A stretch of 64,000 nt of DNA from Rotaria socialis (lineage: Eukaryota), in assembly GCA_905331295.1 (NCBI GenBank), contig CAJNYD010000133.1, positions 62,001-126,000 of the forward strand. Reading direction: 5' to 3'. Shown here piece after piece: positions 29,001 to 41,125 of this stretch (the first letter of the stretch is position 1; every line of letters begins with the position of its first letter). The notes below the pieces were generated by a model. It worked only from the letters and a program-made list of their open reading frames with translations. It was not told where the DNA came from and ran no database searches. The position numbers and the translations under genes were made by a program.

Positions 29001-29010
29001 GTTCGTTTAA
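17090..29010. repeat. ~11.9 kb tandem array of ~128 highly diverged ~93-bp units
   Basis: By-eye consensus: aaaatatttgaatagaatcttactatgaattattcatttgtcgtgtgttcatcgatcatgtaatcaactgcaaatctttgttctgaaatgagc. The gaatagaatc-equivalent position falls at 17661, 17753, 17845, 17939 and 18032 (spacing 92-94), and the motif recurs to ~28970. Copy number is span divided by 93. Confidence 0.95.
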
Positions 29011-29578
29011 TATACAGATGAAACTATTCATCATGTTCTCGTAGTGCAAAGAACATTGGAACAGCGGTATGGCCAATAACGAAGGTATGCTGTGCCCAAT
29101 AGACTTTTTTCGTGATAACTCATTGAGAATAAATCGTTGATGTTCTACTTCATCATTCGTGCATTCTTCTTTGAGAGTATCGTTTTGAGTACTTTTTTGA
29201 TACTGAACTATTTCATATTTTTTTCTTTGTAGGAAATATGGCACAAAACACGCCAAATCCAAGATTGCAATTATATTATCAACATCATCGAGCACTATTC
29301 GGTGCTTAGTTTCTTTTTTTTGTATGTTTTCACTTAGTTTTTTTCTGTCATTTTTCGAAGTGATGATAGGTTCCTGTTTCCATCAAAAGTTAAATAAATT
29401 TACCTCGAATCATTTCATAAAAATTCAATCTATAGCAATAAACATATAGAATCAGAAAGGGTGTGGTTCGATGATCATTATGAAAAGATCCACACCCTCA
29501 CACATATACGCGTGCACAAAGATATTGCCATAGCTAGTAGCCAACATCGCAAAAGTTGCTTATTTATTAAAACAAATA

Positions 29579-31378
29579 TTACCACCACAAATACAATCTA
29601 TTGTAGACAAATTTTATTGAACTGTTATCAAGTAATTTCTCGGCATGCACCATGTGTTCAATTTTTTTGAACGATGTTACACTAAGATACCGAAGAATCA
29701 ATAAGCGTAAATGATGACTATTAATGTTATGTTTCATCAATAGGACTCTTACAGTAGATTCAAATTCATTAGTTGAAATGTTCATATCGATACGTTGTAC
29801 ACGACGGCACAAATTGATAAAAACCTCAGCTACTTTTGATGTGCAACCACGAGAAATTGTCAAACTTTGAATCTTGTTTTCATTCGATATCAAGCGCAAT
29901 TTTTCGGTTTGTTCTATTGATATAGGATTTAATTCGAGTGGATATTCAGAATCAACTTCTAATATTTGAATATTGGGTGTTGAATGTAATACTTCGATTA
30001 TCGTATCAAAGAACAAATTTAGACATCGAATTGTCAGATTAGTTAGTTGCATCAACGGAATAATACGATGAAGTGAAGTAATGGTTGAGTCACAGTTTTT
30101 ACAGAAACTTTTCAATAAAGTGAGATTGGTACACTTGGGAAATTGAAATAAACAATTTGCAATTGATTGTTCCTCATCGATATAAAGATGACGAACTGTA
30201 TCAAAGGTAGTCTGTTGACGATGTGGACATATTTTTTCTTCAGGATGACTATATAAAGTATAAGATTGTCTTCTGAAAGAAAGAAAAAAAACAATTATCT
30301 TGTATTCAACCGATTGATCTCTTCATACCTATACGGTTGGATTGAATAGAAGAGAACAGATATAGCATGTTCTTTTTCATAAGACTGATGTGCAAAAAAC
30401 CATTGGCGGTCAAACCAAAATGTAGAATTAAATTGATCGATCAGATCATAAAATTGAGTCTTGCCACTGGACTCCATATACACCCAACCCTTATATTGAA
30501 TATCAAAGATTCGTAAGTAGGCCATCGACGTTAAAATTAATCTTTCCCATTGTTTAGCATCTAAATAGGATCTATCATTTTTACTTATAGAAATACGTAA
30601 GCAGTGAAGTTGACGAAAATTTTTTCTGATTAACGGTTCGAATTGGTCAAAATTAAAAAGCCCAAAAAACTCGAATGAAGCCTTTGTTAAATTGTTTGGA
30701 ACAATCGGCATTTCCATTGTTTGATATGCGTCGTATGCTAGTTTTCGACACGATAAATGACGAAGTCGAGGAGTGTAGGATAATAGAGCGGCGATTTCTG
30801 TTGATTCAAAATAACAATCGATGATTAGAATGTTCGATAGTACTGCATTGATTGGTGGTGATTGGTAATAGCATGCGTCCACTGCCAGCTTGATATGATA
30901 ATTTGCAATATTTCAGCATTGGTATGAGGAAAATTCGAGGATAGAGAATCATTTTATTTCGAAAACGGTCAGCAAGACTAAGGATCAACGACGAAAGGTA
31001 GGGCAACAAAGTTAAAAAGTGAAGAAGTTGGTCAAGATATCTTGAATTAATATCGTCAAGAATTAATGTTTTCAATTGGCTAAATTTTGGAATGCATCGA
31101 GGAGGTGAGAAAATGAGATCGACAGCGAAAGGGCTCGATAAATGAAGTGACTTTATTCTATGCTTATTCGGCAAGATACCAAAGGCACGACAACGATGAA
31201 AAGTCGATTCCGACATGGATGATAGGTTCATATTAATACGAAGTGTTGGATGAGTAAGAAGATTTTGAAATCGTGAATTGAGATTTGAAAAAATTTCGAA
31301 TAAATCATAACCATCGAGTAACTCGAATATTTCATAGATAAGTTCGTTTGAAAGATCTTCAAAACGAGTAAACAACAA
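29579..31378 (-). pseudogene. F-box-like + LRR protein gene with one +1 frameshift (~30830); intron 30328-30273; 5' end unresolved
   Basis: N-terminal FEDLSNELIYEIFELLD F-box-like motif, Leu-rich repeats, YLDAKQWERLI and FWFDRQWFF. Two overlapping ORFs join as STIEH-LIIDCYF if one T is removed. Confidence 0.75.
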
Positions 31379-33750
31379 TCTATATAATAAACAACAGTAA
31401 AGAAAGTAGAAAACGACAAGGAAACATATATATCAATCACTGACCTTTTTGTATCGACTGTTGTCCCTAATAAAACAGTAACAAAATATAGTAAGAACAA
31501 AAGTAATTACAATTTACTTTGAATTGTTTTCCTTTCGACATCATACAACTCGGTATCGCTATGTTGTTGTTTCATTTGATTTCTATGTAAAATAGTATCG
31601 AACTATTTCTTTTTTTAAATTAAACAATCTGTTCGTTCTCTGTAATTAACAAAACAAAATACATAAAAATATACAAGTCAAATGTGTTGATTTTCGCGAA
31701 CATGTTATTGTTCGTACAATCTACTTGCGGTGCATACTAACTAAATAGTGTGGTTACGATTTATTAAAGTGAAGAATGAATCACTCGGAACGATACAATG
31801 TTCTTCTTTTTGCAAAATGAAAAACAGAACCCCCTTTCTCCAAGGCTAGCACTGGCTTAAATATAACAGATATGAAAAGAACAATGGAATGATTGCAAAC
31901 GTGATAGAATGAAATCGAAGGGGAAAAGAAGAGATCGCCACAGAGCAGGACGACCAGAGCAAAAAGGCAGGGCAGTGAAGGGCTATATCTTCATGCCCTG
32001 AAAATTCTGCACATACCTACTTTACTTCGAAAAAAAAAAGAAATTTATTTTTCTCGAAAACGTGAAAGAAACTAAAAAATTCAGATAGCGTTATTAAATG
32101 GTAAATAGATTGTCATATTTGTGTTTGTATGATGATCATGAGATCCAATCAAATTGGTAAGAAAAGAAAAGAAAATAATAAAGGAATCATAATAGTGATA
32201 ATCTAGTGTACATATATTTAAAATATAATTGTTGTAATAGTTGCGCATGTTCTTATTATTTCAATAAAACTATGTATCGCTATCATCGTCGATAGATTCA
32301 TGTGCTGATATTTCATCTATCTCTCCTGGTGATGAAAATGAAGTTTCTATTCTCTCTTCGTTAAGTATATCTACTGATGGATCACCAGTGATTATGCAAT
32401 ATCATCATATACACTTTTTCAATTAGGGCTAATTTATTATTTGCTGATCATTTATCTATTTGCTGAACTATTTTTCAAATATCAAAGATTACTTAAACTT
32501 GAATTTAAACATGAAAAAATTCTTCTTAATTAGCAGAACAGGGCAATAAAACTGGTCCTGTGGACACCTCTGATAGACACACCCTATCAAAATGTAATCG
32601 TAGTTATTCGAATTCTTCAGGATCCTATAATATATCCAACTTTTTACTCATAAATAGATACTCAAAATTCTTCTCGGTTATAACGAAAAAAAGATTAGCT
32701 AGTGTAATCAAAATAGGATGAAGATGATTTCTCTGGCACGATGTATAACTCGAGTCGTAGTGAATGAGTAGAAAATAATAATTAACCCATTCGAGATGAT
32801 AGAACTGATCGGTGAACCGGATAGAAATAATTTGAAAGTTTCCACTCTATTTTTTAACGAAATCAGATTCTATTTCTCTATGGAAAATAGATGGTTGAGT
32901 AAAATCTTTATTTAAAAGAGAGAAATATCAATAAATATTTTCTTACGAATGAAACTTTGTCGATGATATAAGAATGCTTTTAAAAATCAGCTCATGTGAT
33001 TAAAATACAGTCGAAATGCTCACTGTAACGAACGATCGATCAGTTCCTCTTCTTTGTTTGCTCTCTATTCACAAAAGATGTATAAATCGACGAATAGAAA
33101 ATTAGTATTGAAGCGCTCGCTGTATGCACGTTCGAAATGAATGAACATAAATAAATTTCACAAGAAAAGTTATATTCAGGCAATCGAAGTATGCTAATAT
33201 TCGATCACTATAAATAACGAATTTAATATTTTAATGTAAGACATCTCTGCTAATCTATTTCAGTCATTTGAATATACGAAAACTTATATTAGTTTTAAAT
33301 CGTTTACGGGTGTGGATATTGTATACGACATTTTTGCTAATTCTATTAAAAACTTTCTTGATTTCGAGAGATTCTGAAGTTAAATATAAGAAAAATGCTG
33401 TTAGCGAACTGCCAGACATGAAACTAAACAAGTCATATAAAAAACGATATTCCCAAGTTTTTATTTACAAACACAATTTTTGGAATAGATTCCTGGATTT
33501 CACTGCTGAATAAAATGATAAATATAATGCTAGATCAGTCTTTGATCTATATCCCATATATCGAGTTACTATAACAAAAATTTCCTAGATCATACAGAAA
33601 CAGCTCCATGGAAGTCGGTTGAAAGTAGATTTTTTTCACAAAGTTTATCTCCAAACACAACAACGATCTTTACGATAATAAAAAAAAGCGAAGCATGTGT
33701 GATTATTCTCATCGTAGTTTGCATTTAAAGAGTACTGTAAATTTTCATAT

Positions 33751-35743
33751 ATGATTTTCCATTTTAAAATTATCATGTTAGCACTATTAATTATTTCTTT
33801 GTTTTATCCTTTCGTTTTTGTTGTACCAGAACCATTACCATATGCAGAATGGGCTCATTATCATATGATATGGCTACATGATTCACATACAAATCAAATA
33901 GATATACAAAATATGTTTAATGATTATATTAATCATAATATACAATTTGGTATTGTTAATATAGATGCAGGTTGGACAACAGATATTAGTACATTTGTAT
34001 TTGATCCAAAAAAATTTCCAACAGTACGAAATATGCTCGATGGATTTCGTGAAAAAAATATTCGTATTGTCTTATGGATGACATCAATGATTAATATTGA
34101 TTCGCCTAATTATCAATATGCACAAGAACATGGATATTTATTTAATAAAACAATTAAATGGTGGTCTGGACAAGGACGTTTATTAAATTATTTTAATGTA
34201 GAAGCTGTTAATTGGTGGCATAGTCTAATTAAACAACTTATCGATACTGTGGGACCTATTCATGCATTTAAAGTACGATAATATTTGATATCAAAATAAA
34301 TTTAAGTGAAATAGACTCGTCTCCTATTTTACTTATATTTCTGACCGTGAGTTCTGAAATTTTTATTGCATAGATGGGCACTGAATATTTCGCGCTAACG
34401 TGAAAAATGCCAATCTTATTTGGGTCGGTTCGATTGGGTTACTATTGAAAAAACACTGTCGTTAGCAGCATGTAAATAGCGTATTTTGTAGAAGATTTTC
34501 AAACTGAAAAATATCGAAGTGGAGTTTTTTTTCAAGATTTTCTAGCAGAAACCATCGTTTGAATTCCGATGTCGAGTAGAAAACCAGTCAAATGCACTCT
34601 ATGATCACTAAAATATATAAAAGTTGATTCATATTTTATTTTTTATAATTATAGGCTGATGGTACTGATCCATATATAATTGAAGTACTTGATCCTCTTG
34701 TAACATGGGAACGTTATCGTACAGCTTATTATAATGATACATTTCAAGTTTTACGTCAATTAGTTGGCCCAGATGCTTTAGTTATGTCACGCCCCGTTGA
34801 TGTTTATGTTGATTATAGCCCACGTGATATTGTTTTTATCGGTTGGGTCGGTGATGAAGATGGTACATATGATGGATTAAAAACAGCTCTTCGTTATATG
34901 CTTGAAAGTGGTCGTCGCGGTTATGTTGGTTTTGGTTCGGATATCGGCGGCTATCGAACTGATTCTACAGCTGGTAAATTAGGTCGTACAAAAGAATTAT
35001 TTCTTCGTTGGACAGCTATTGGTGCATTGAGTTCATTTATGGAAAATGGTGGTGGTGGGGAACATTTGCCATGGAATTTTGATAATGAAACAACTGATAT
35101 CTATCGATCGTGGGTTAATTTACATTATAAACTTGTACCTTATCTTTATAGTGAAGGTACAAAAGTAGCAATTGGACACAATGGTACATTAATGCGACCA
35201 TGTGATGATATTGAAGCATTATTAAGTCATTCCTATTTTCTTGGTCCAAATATATATGTCGTACCAGTTTTACAAGATCCAATTCCTGGTCAAAGTCAAC
35301 GTTTATGGTTACCTAAAAGTTCAACAAATCAATGGATTAATTACTTTAATACATCAATTGCACATAAATCGCATACGTTCATTAATGAAGATACTAGTAG
35401 TCTTTATCGTATACCAATCTATATTGAACAAAATTCTTTAATACCAATGTATGATGTTGAAAAAAATGATTCTCTTAATGCACTTAAATTTGTTCTATGG
35501 GGTAAAATTATATCCGATAAACAACAAACAACATTATTTACACGTGATGGTCAGCAATGGTTATTAGAATTTAATCGTTTTCAACGACAATTAACTGTAC
35601 ATTTTATTCGACAATATGGTTCAAATGAAAAACATGAATGGATATGGAAATTTTGTCAGTATGTTAATCAGCAAGAAATGTGTACACATGCATGGTTATC
35701 ACTTCACGATAAAGCGTCTGTTCAACTCGAATTCTTAGTTTAA
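33751..35743 (+). CDS. Glycoside hydrolase family 31 (alpha-glucosidase/xylosidase-like), secreted, ~536 aa, 2 exons (33751-34272, 34655-35743)
   Basis: Hydrophobic N-terminus; IDAGW, FDPKKFP, VLWMTS, AFK|ADGTD (nucleophile Asp motif split by the intron), WVGD (acid/base), SDIGGY, ELFLRW, LVPYLYS, YFLGPNIYVVPV. Confidence 0.9.
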
Positions 35744-36970
35744 AACTATTTGAAGAGAACATTTTATTCTTCATTGTTGCAATTAAATTTGAACGTTAAG
35801 CTGAACGAAGAAGAGATGTAACTTTTTCGGACGAGTTTTTCCTGTGAAATTTTGTTCACATAATATACTGTTATTTTACCTTAGAAACCAATTGGTAATC
35901 CAATCCAATGTAAAGAAAAAAGAGGGTGTGGGTACCATGTAGAATGGCTATCCGCTCATCAACACCCGCAGTCTCACCCTGGCGTCATAACTCCAAAGAT
36001 GGTGAAACCTATTGCAATGCGGTACATGATTTTAGTACATCTAGGAGTTTCGGTGAGTGGTAGATGAAAGTTTATTTCTTTTAATGAGAGAAAACGATGG
36101 TCTTCTCGAACAGCTATCTCTTCTTGACAATCACAGCTTACTTTGGTCTTCACGTGAGCGAATGATCTGTCTAAAATAAGTATTTAAAAGCATTACGGTT
36201 TTTCAAAGATACTTCGGGCATTTGTATTCCTTTCATTGGCAATATCAGTTATTGAAAGAGTGACTTATTGAAGAGAACGCGCACGGTCTCGTTTTTGCTC
36301 TTTCGATAATAAACACAGTCTGTAACCGTCAACAAGAAACCCAGTATGTTGTTAACTGATAATATAACAGACTGGCACAATCATTTATTCTTGCAGAGAA
36401 CAGTCAAAGTGAAAGATCATCTTGATCGTCTACTATAAACCAATAAAAAAATATTAAAGATGGTTGACGAAGATGGTAGCAGCAATAGAAATCACGACGT
36501 TAAGTAAAGAATCCATTCGTAATGTATTCAACAGTGGTTGCTTATTATACATATGTTCGTAACGGTTAAGGCTTCTTTTTATAGGTTGGCTTAGTCATTA
36601 TTGGAGGATAGAACTCAAAGACTTACAAGTGAACATAGTTTGACACATTGAAAATTTTTTATTACCACATTTATACCCGCAAGATACCTAAAACTTTTGG
36701 GTTCACAAATGTTTGACCGCCAAAAAAGGATACAAAAGATTTTTAGCTTCATCAGTAAGAATTGCTCATGATTATTAATGATTTTAAAATGTAAAACGAT
36801 ACAGTTTAGCAGAATTCATATATTTTAATGTTACAATTTGATTGTAAGAGCTTTGTTTATTAAAGTTTTAGAAGGCTGCAGCAGCTTGCTCGATGCATTA
36901 TTTCAATCAAATTGCCACTAGATGAAATAAGTCAAGATATAATATTTCACTTATTGTTGTTTGAAGAATT

Positions 36971-38870
36971 TTAACTTACTCTCAATGCACTGTATCCATC
37001 CGTCGTTATTCCTTGTCTCGCTAGGCGTGCTTTTTGAGCCACCTTACTTTCTTGACGTCTTTGTTTTTCTGCTTTAGCCTCGACTAGAACAAATTAATAC
37101 AAAAAGAATCACTTAGATAAGAGTTTTCATCCTTTAAGGCTAATCTTGTCGAAAAACAGTAGAAAATTGATAATCAAGTAGCTTACGTATCACTGCCTGA
37201 TTCAGTTTCTGTTGTTGAATAGACCTTTGATCAATAGAAGGCCCCTGTGATGTGCCATTCAACTAAACAAAATGAAAGAAATCGATTTTTATAACGATAA
37301 TTTTAAGTCTTGCAGTGAAACACTTCATACTTTAACATGTTCACGTCGAATTGTAGTTTCTAATTGTTCAATGTCAGTATTTGCTTCATGATTCGATTTC
37401 AATTCTGTTGTTGTCGTTGACAGTGTTGACCTAAAAATAGATTTAAAAAAAATATATATTCTATTCTGCGACCAACAACAACACAAAAAGAATACTATGA
37501 TTAGAGCAGACTTCTCGCCCTCAAATTTAGACTGACCTGATAGTCGTTGGTTGTTCTTGTTGTATTGGAGATAGAACTTTTGTAAGTTTAATGCTTTGAT
37601 CATTTAACAAACGATTTTTATGGACTTTGTTACGCCTCTCGTATCTCTCACAATCTTGAATTCTTATACAGACATAATTGATTAAATATAATGCTTGCTT
37701 TTACCTTCAAAATCAAATGGCACTATTAATTCTTCCGTCGAGGTTCCGATTGTGCTGTATAGTCTATTATGATAGTCAGCTTGTGTGCTTTGATTTTTAG
37801 AAGATACCATTGAAGAATTGAAGTCTTTTGTTTCAGTAGCATCTTAAGGAAAATGAATGAGAAGTAAAGTGCAAAGTGAGAAGTACACATCATATATTAC
37901 CTTCATATTTCGAGGCAAGAAGATCTTGTCGCCTCTGATGTAAATTTGTCTTTTGATTTTGCCTATTAAAGACAAAAGGTGAACACTTCGTCCAACCGTG
38001 TTTTTCCAGCTGAATTAGATTCATTGAAACTTGCGTTCCAACATTAGGTCTTGTGTGACCTACATATAACTTGATAGTTTTACTTTCTTTACAAGCTAAG
38101 GCTATGTATTGTTTTGCCATTTCGTGTGTAACGAATCGCAAATCGTAAGTATTGAACTAATAATTAGAAAGAAGTTTTAAAGAAATCATATAAAATACCT
38201 TTAAAGGAAATACAAAAAATGCAATCAGCTTACCATGGATGAAATTTGTAATAATCGATCACCTATATCTAGCTGCTTTTTTGTTTGATAATTCAGTATA
38301 TTCGTGATAAATATGCCATGATCACTTCAATGGTTAAAGAGTTACAAAATATTTTAAGTGGAAAGAAATGTAAATTTTAATAGTGTCTACTCTTGAAAAT
38401 ATTCTTGGCCCAAGCCACCTACAATGGTAAAGCCTAGTTTTCCATTGTGCTCTAGTTCGATTTCTTCGCTATTCGATAGCGACAGACGACGTATCAGCTG
38501 GACAAAGTGATAGAAGAGAAAAGTAAGTTTGTGATAAAAGATTTGCTACATTCATATTGCATATCTCACCAATTTAACTATTGGACCGGATTCTTTCAAT
38601 GCTTGAACAGCATTTTGATGCTTAATATTCGTAAAATCGATACTATTCATTCTTAATATTACATCGTATACTCTGAATGAATAGAGAGATGATTCAGATA
38701 ATCATGTGAACAAAACGTTAATTTAATTACTCTAAAGGCTTGTTTCTGTGCGAAAGGTTTTTCTCATTTACATTTGTGATAATGATTGATGTGAAATGGC
38801 GATGACGGAAAGGTTCGTCAATTCCTCCGACGATAGTGAATCCCAGCGATTTATCCCCGCTGCGTGGCTT
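36971..38870 (-). CDS. Multi-exon protein with two tandem DLG-like PDZ domains (ends approximate)
   Basis: Exon translations: KSLGFTIVGGIDEP...IIITNV (38870-38730); VYDVILRMNSIDFTNIKHQNAVQALKESGPIVKL (38672-38570); KLGFTIVGGLGQ...HGIFITNI...LDIGDRLLQI (38497-38235); LRFVTHEMAK. Flanked by GT-AG sites. Mostly missed by the ORF track. Confidence 0.75.
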
Positions 38871-39659
38871 TGAAAAGATATAGCATGAATAAAATTTTAG
38901 AATATAAATAAACTAAAAAAAGAAGCAACTACAAACTTTTTCAAAAATAATTTCTTCTTCAGTCCAATGTTTTTTGTAATCGAATTGTATAATATCAGAC
39001 ATATTAAAAGCGATCAGAATCGTTTTTTATTTGCATTAATTTCATGTAAAAGAGTATGTAATAAAAATAAAACGTCGTTATATAACGAAATATACTACCG
39101 AATAAATCACTATTTGCTTAAGATAAAAGAAACATTGGTTTTTACTTACGGCATCGAATTTTGAGTGTACACGTGAATGCGCGCAAACAAATCTGCTAAT
39201 CTCAATTGTCGGATTTTAGCAATTGATTCCAGTCATGAAAGTGTTAGTTTATAGAGAATATGGTTAGCAACTACATCATGGATGGAGAAACAAAGGAGAA
39301 GATGAACACATATGACTTCTAAAAATTTACAATAAATAACATGAAAAACGTCGAGAAATAAAATTCAGTATTCCTCTATTATTCATTTTTATCAAAGTAA
39401 AAGCATTTAATATCTCATTATATATTGAATTGCCTTCTTCGTCAGAAGATAGACCGATCGGTCTTTGAATTGTATTTTTGATAAATATTCTATATTTCTA
39501 GATGAAGCAGCTCTTTAGAAACGTGAAAGAAGCAAATACCTTTAAGAGATTAACTTCATCGTACCTTAATATTTCTCCTCATTCTTGATTCTTTGAATTT
39601 ATTCGAAATAAATCATGAAAGATAATAGTATATATTTTGTAGCTATAACTGTCATCTGA

Positions 39660-40372
39660 TTAATATTTTATTATATAGTTCATAGCAATCGATGGCTGCA
39701 TATTGTTATTTGGAGCTCCATCGCCTACCGATCGCATCTTAATGCCTGTTTGAGATTGCAGAGTAGGTGGATTATTTGTCACACCACCATTGGTGACTCC
39801 ATAGCAAGCCTGCTGACTCCCAACAGTAATACCCCAAATTTGACCTCGCGTAGGGCTACCCATATCGTGGCTATGCCCAGGATCATCTAGTGGATGGACA
39901 TGAGTCGGCATCTCACTTTGAGTAAGGATATGCTGTTCAGATCCAAAATCATTACCTAACTTACGATGGGTAAGACCTATTCCTTTACCGGTACCTACAA
40001 GTACTCGGCCACGAAGATCAGGTAAATTGAATATACCAGCATCATCTCTGGAACCATAGAAATCACCAATGACGTTAAAAAGATCTGGGTATTTTTCGCG
40101 ATGCGCACCTGATCCGTCAGCTCTCAGCCAACCATTTGGAGTAACGGGGACCTGCAAAAGCCATAATTGTTCCTGGTGGTATTTGGAACTGCTCTGAGAT
40201 TTTCACACGCGATTTAAGAGTATCCAGTGAAGCATTTTCTACAAATTTTGTTGAATTATTCTCTAGTGTAGCTGGTGAAAATTCTGAAGAAAAAAAATCC
40301 TTAAGAACAAAATATCTATAGTACAAACAGTGACGTACTCAAGATCACCAACAGAAGAAGTAGCAGACGCAT
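39660..40372 (-). CDS. Secreted phage tail-collar-domain (microcystin-dependent protein-like) gene; exons 40372-40339 and 40283-39660; +1 frameshift at 40146-40149
   Basis: MRLLLLLLVIL|KFSPATL signal peptide across a 55-nt GT-AG intron; IPPGTIMAFAG-(fs)-PNGWLRADGS...YPDLFNVIG..YG....FNLPDLRGRVLVG; GSEQHILTQSEMPTHVH; NNMQPSIAMNYIIKY*. Confidence 0.85.
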
Positions 40373-40566
40373 ACTTATTTTCGAATATGATGCACTGCTG
40401 ATACACTTGTTTTGGCTATATGAATTAAAATTTTGCTAGCAGTAGAAAAATAATACCTTATCCGAAAACAAAAATGACATCATTCAGTGGTTATAATGCC
40501 ACATGAAATTAGTATTTCATTTGCGATGCAACAAACTTGAATAATTCAGAGAAATAATCAGAATAT

Positions 40567-41125
40567 TTTTTATTCATTTTTATATTCTCTTCCTACTTTA
40601 TTAATATTTATTTATTCAATTTAATATGACATTTCGTTGTAGTTTACAACTTTATCAGACATGATTCTATGTACAATTTTTAATTATAATTTAAGATCAT
40701 ACAATTAATGATCTACATTGTGTAAGAGATAAAACAGATGTAAATGGTGTGACAATTAGACTAGTTCGTTTTCTTTTTTCTTTCTTCTTTTGATCTTCTT
40801 TACATTTTGTTTAATAGTGATCGGGAAATGAATCGTGAATCCAGAACAACACTACTACCGTCTTGTTCCGTATCACTATTAAGCAAAATGTAAAGAAGAT
40901 CAAAAGAAGAAAGAAAAAAGAAAACGAACTAATCTAATTGTCACACCATTTACATCTGTTTTATCGCTTACACAATGTAGATCATTAATTGTATGATCTT
41001 AAATTATAATTAAAAATTGTACATAGAATCATGCCTGATAAAGTTGTAAACTACAACGAAATGTCATATTAAATTGAATAAATAAATATTAATAAAGTAG
41101 GAAGAGAATATAAAAACGAATAAAA
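40567..41125. repeat. Long near-perfect inverted repeat (arms ~260 bp, loop ~35 bp)
   Basis: 40567-~40828 is the reverse complement of ~40866-41125 with only a handful of substitutions. Confidence 0.95.

Noticed and set aside
17090..29010. 93-bp array as a CRISPR array
   Set aside because: No invariant repeat with unique spacers; all positions are homologous between units; no cas genes; eukaryotic context.
17090..29010. Array as a 31-aa repeat protein (e.g. NEQNIRIESYYELF...), including the short ORFs called inside it
   Set aside because: Although 93 is divisible by 3, many units have TGA at the equivalent codon and unit lengths of 92 or 94 break the frame. A very old coding origin cannot be fully excluded.
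17090..29010. Array as repeated micro-exon/intron units on the minus strand (consensus contains gtaag...tttcag)
   Set aside because: The GT donor (cttac on +) and AG acceptor are present in only a minority of units.
35930..36022. GATA zinc-finger-like peptide (SPWRHNSKDGETYCNA)
   Set aside because: The first CxxC is absent and no supporting exons were found.
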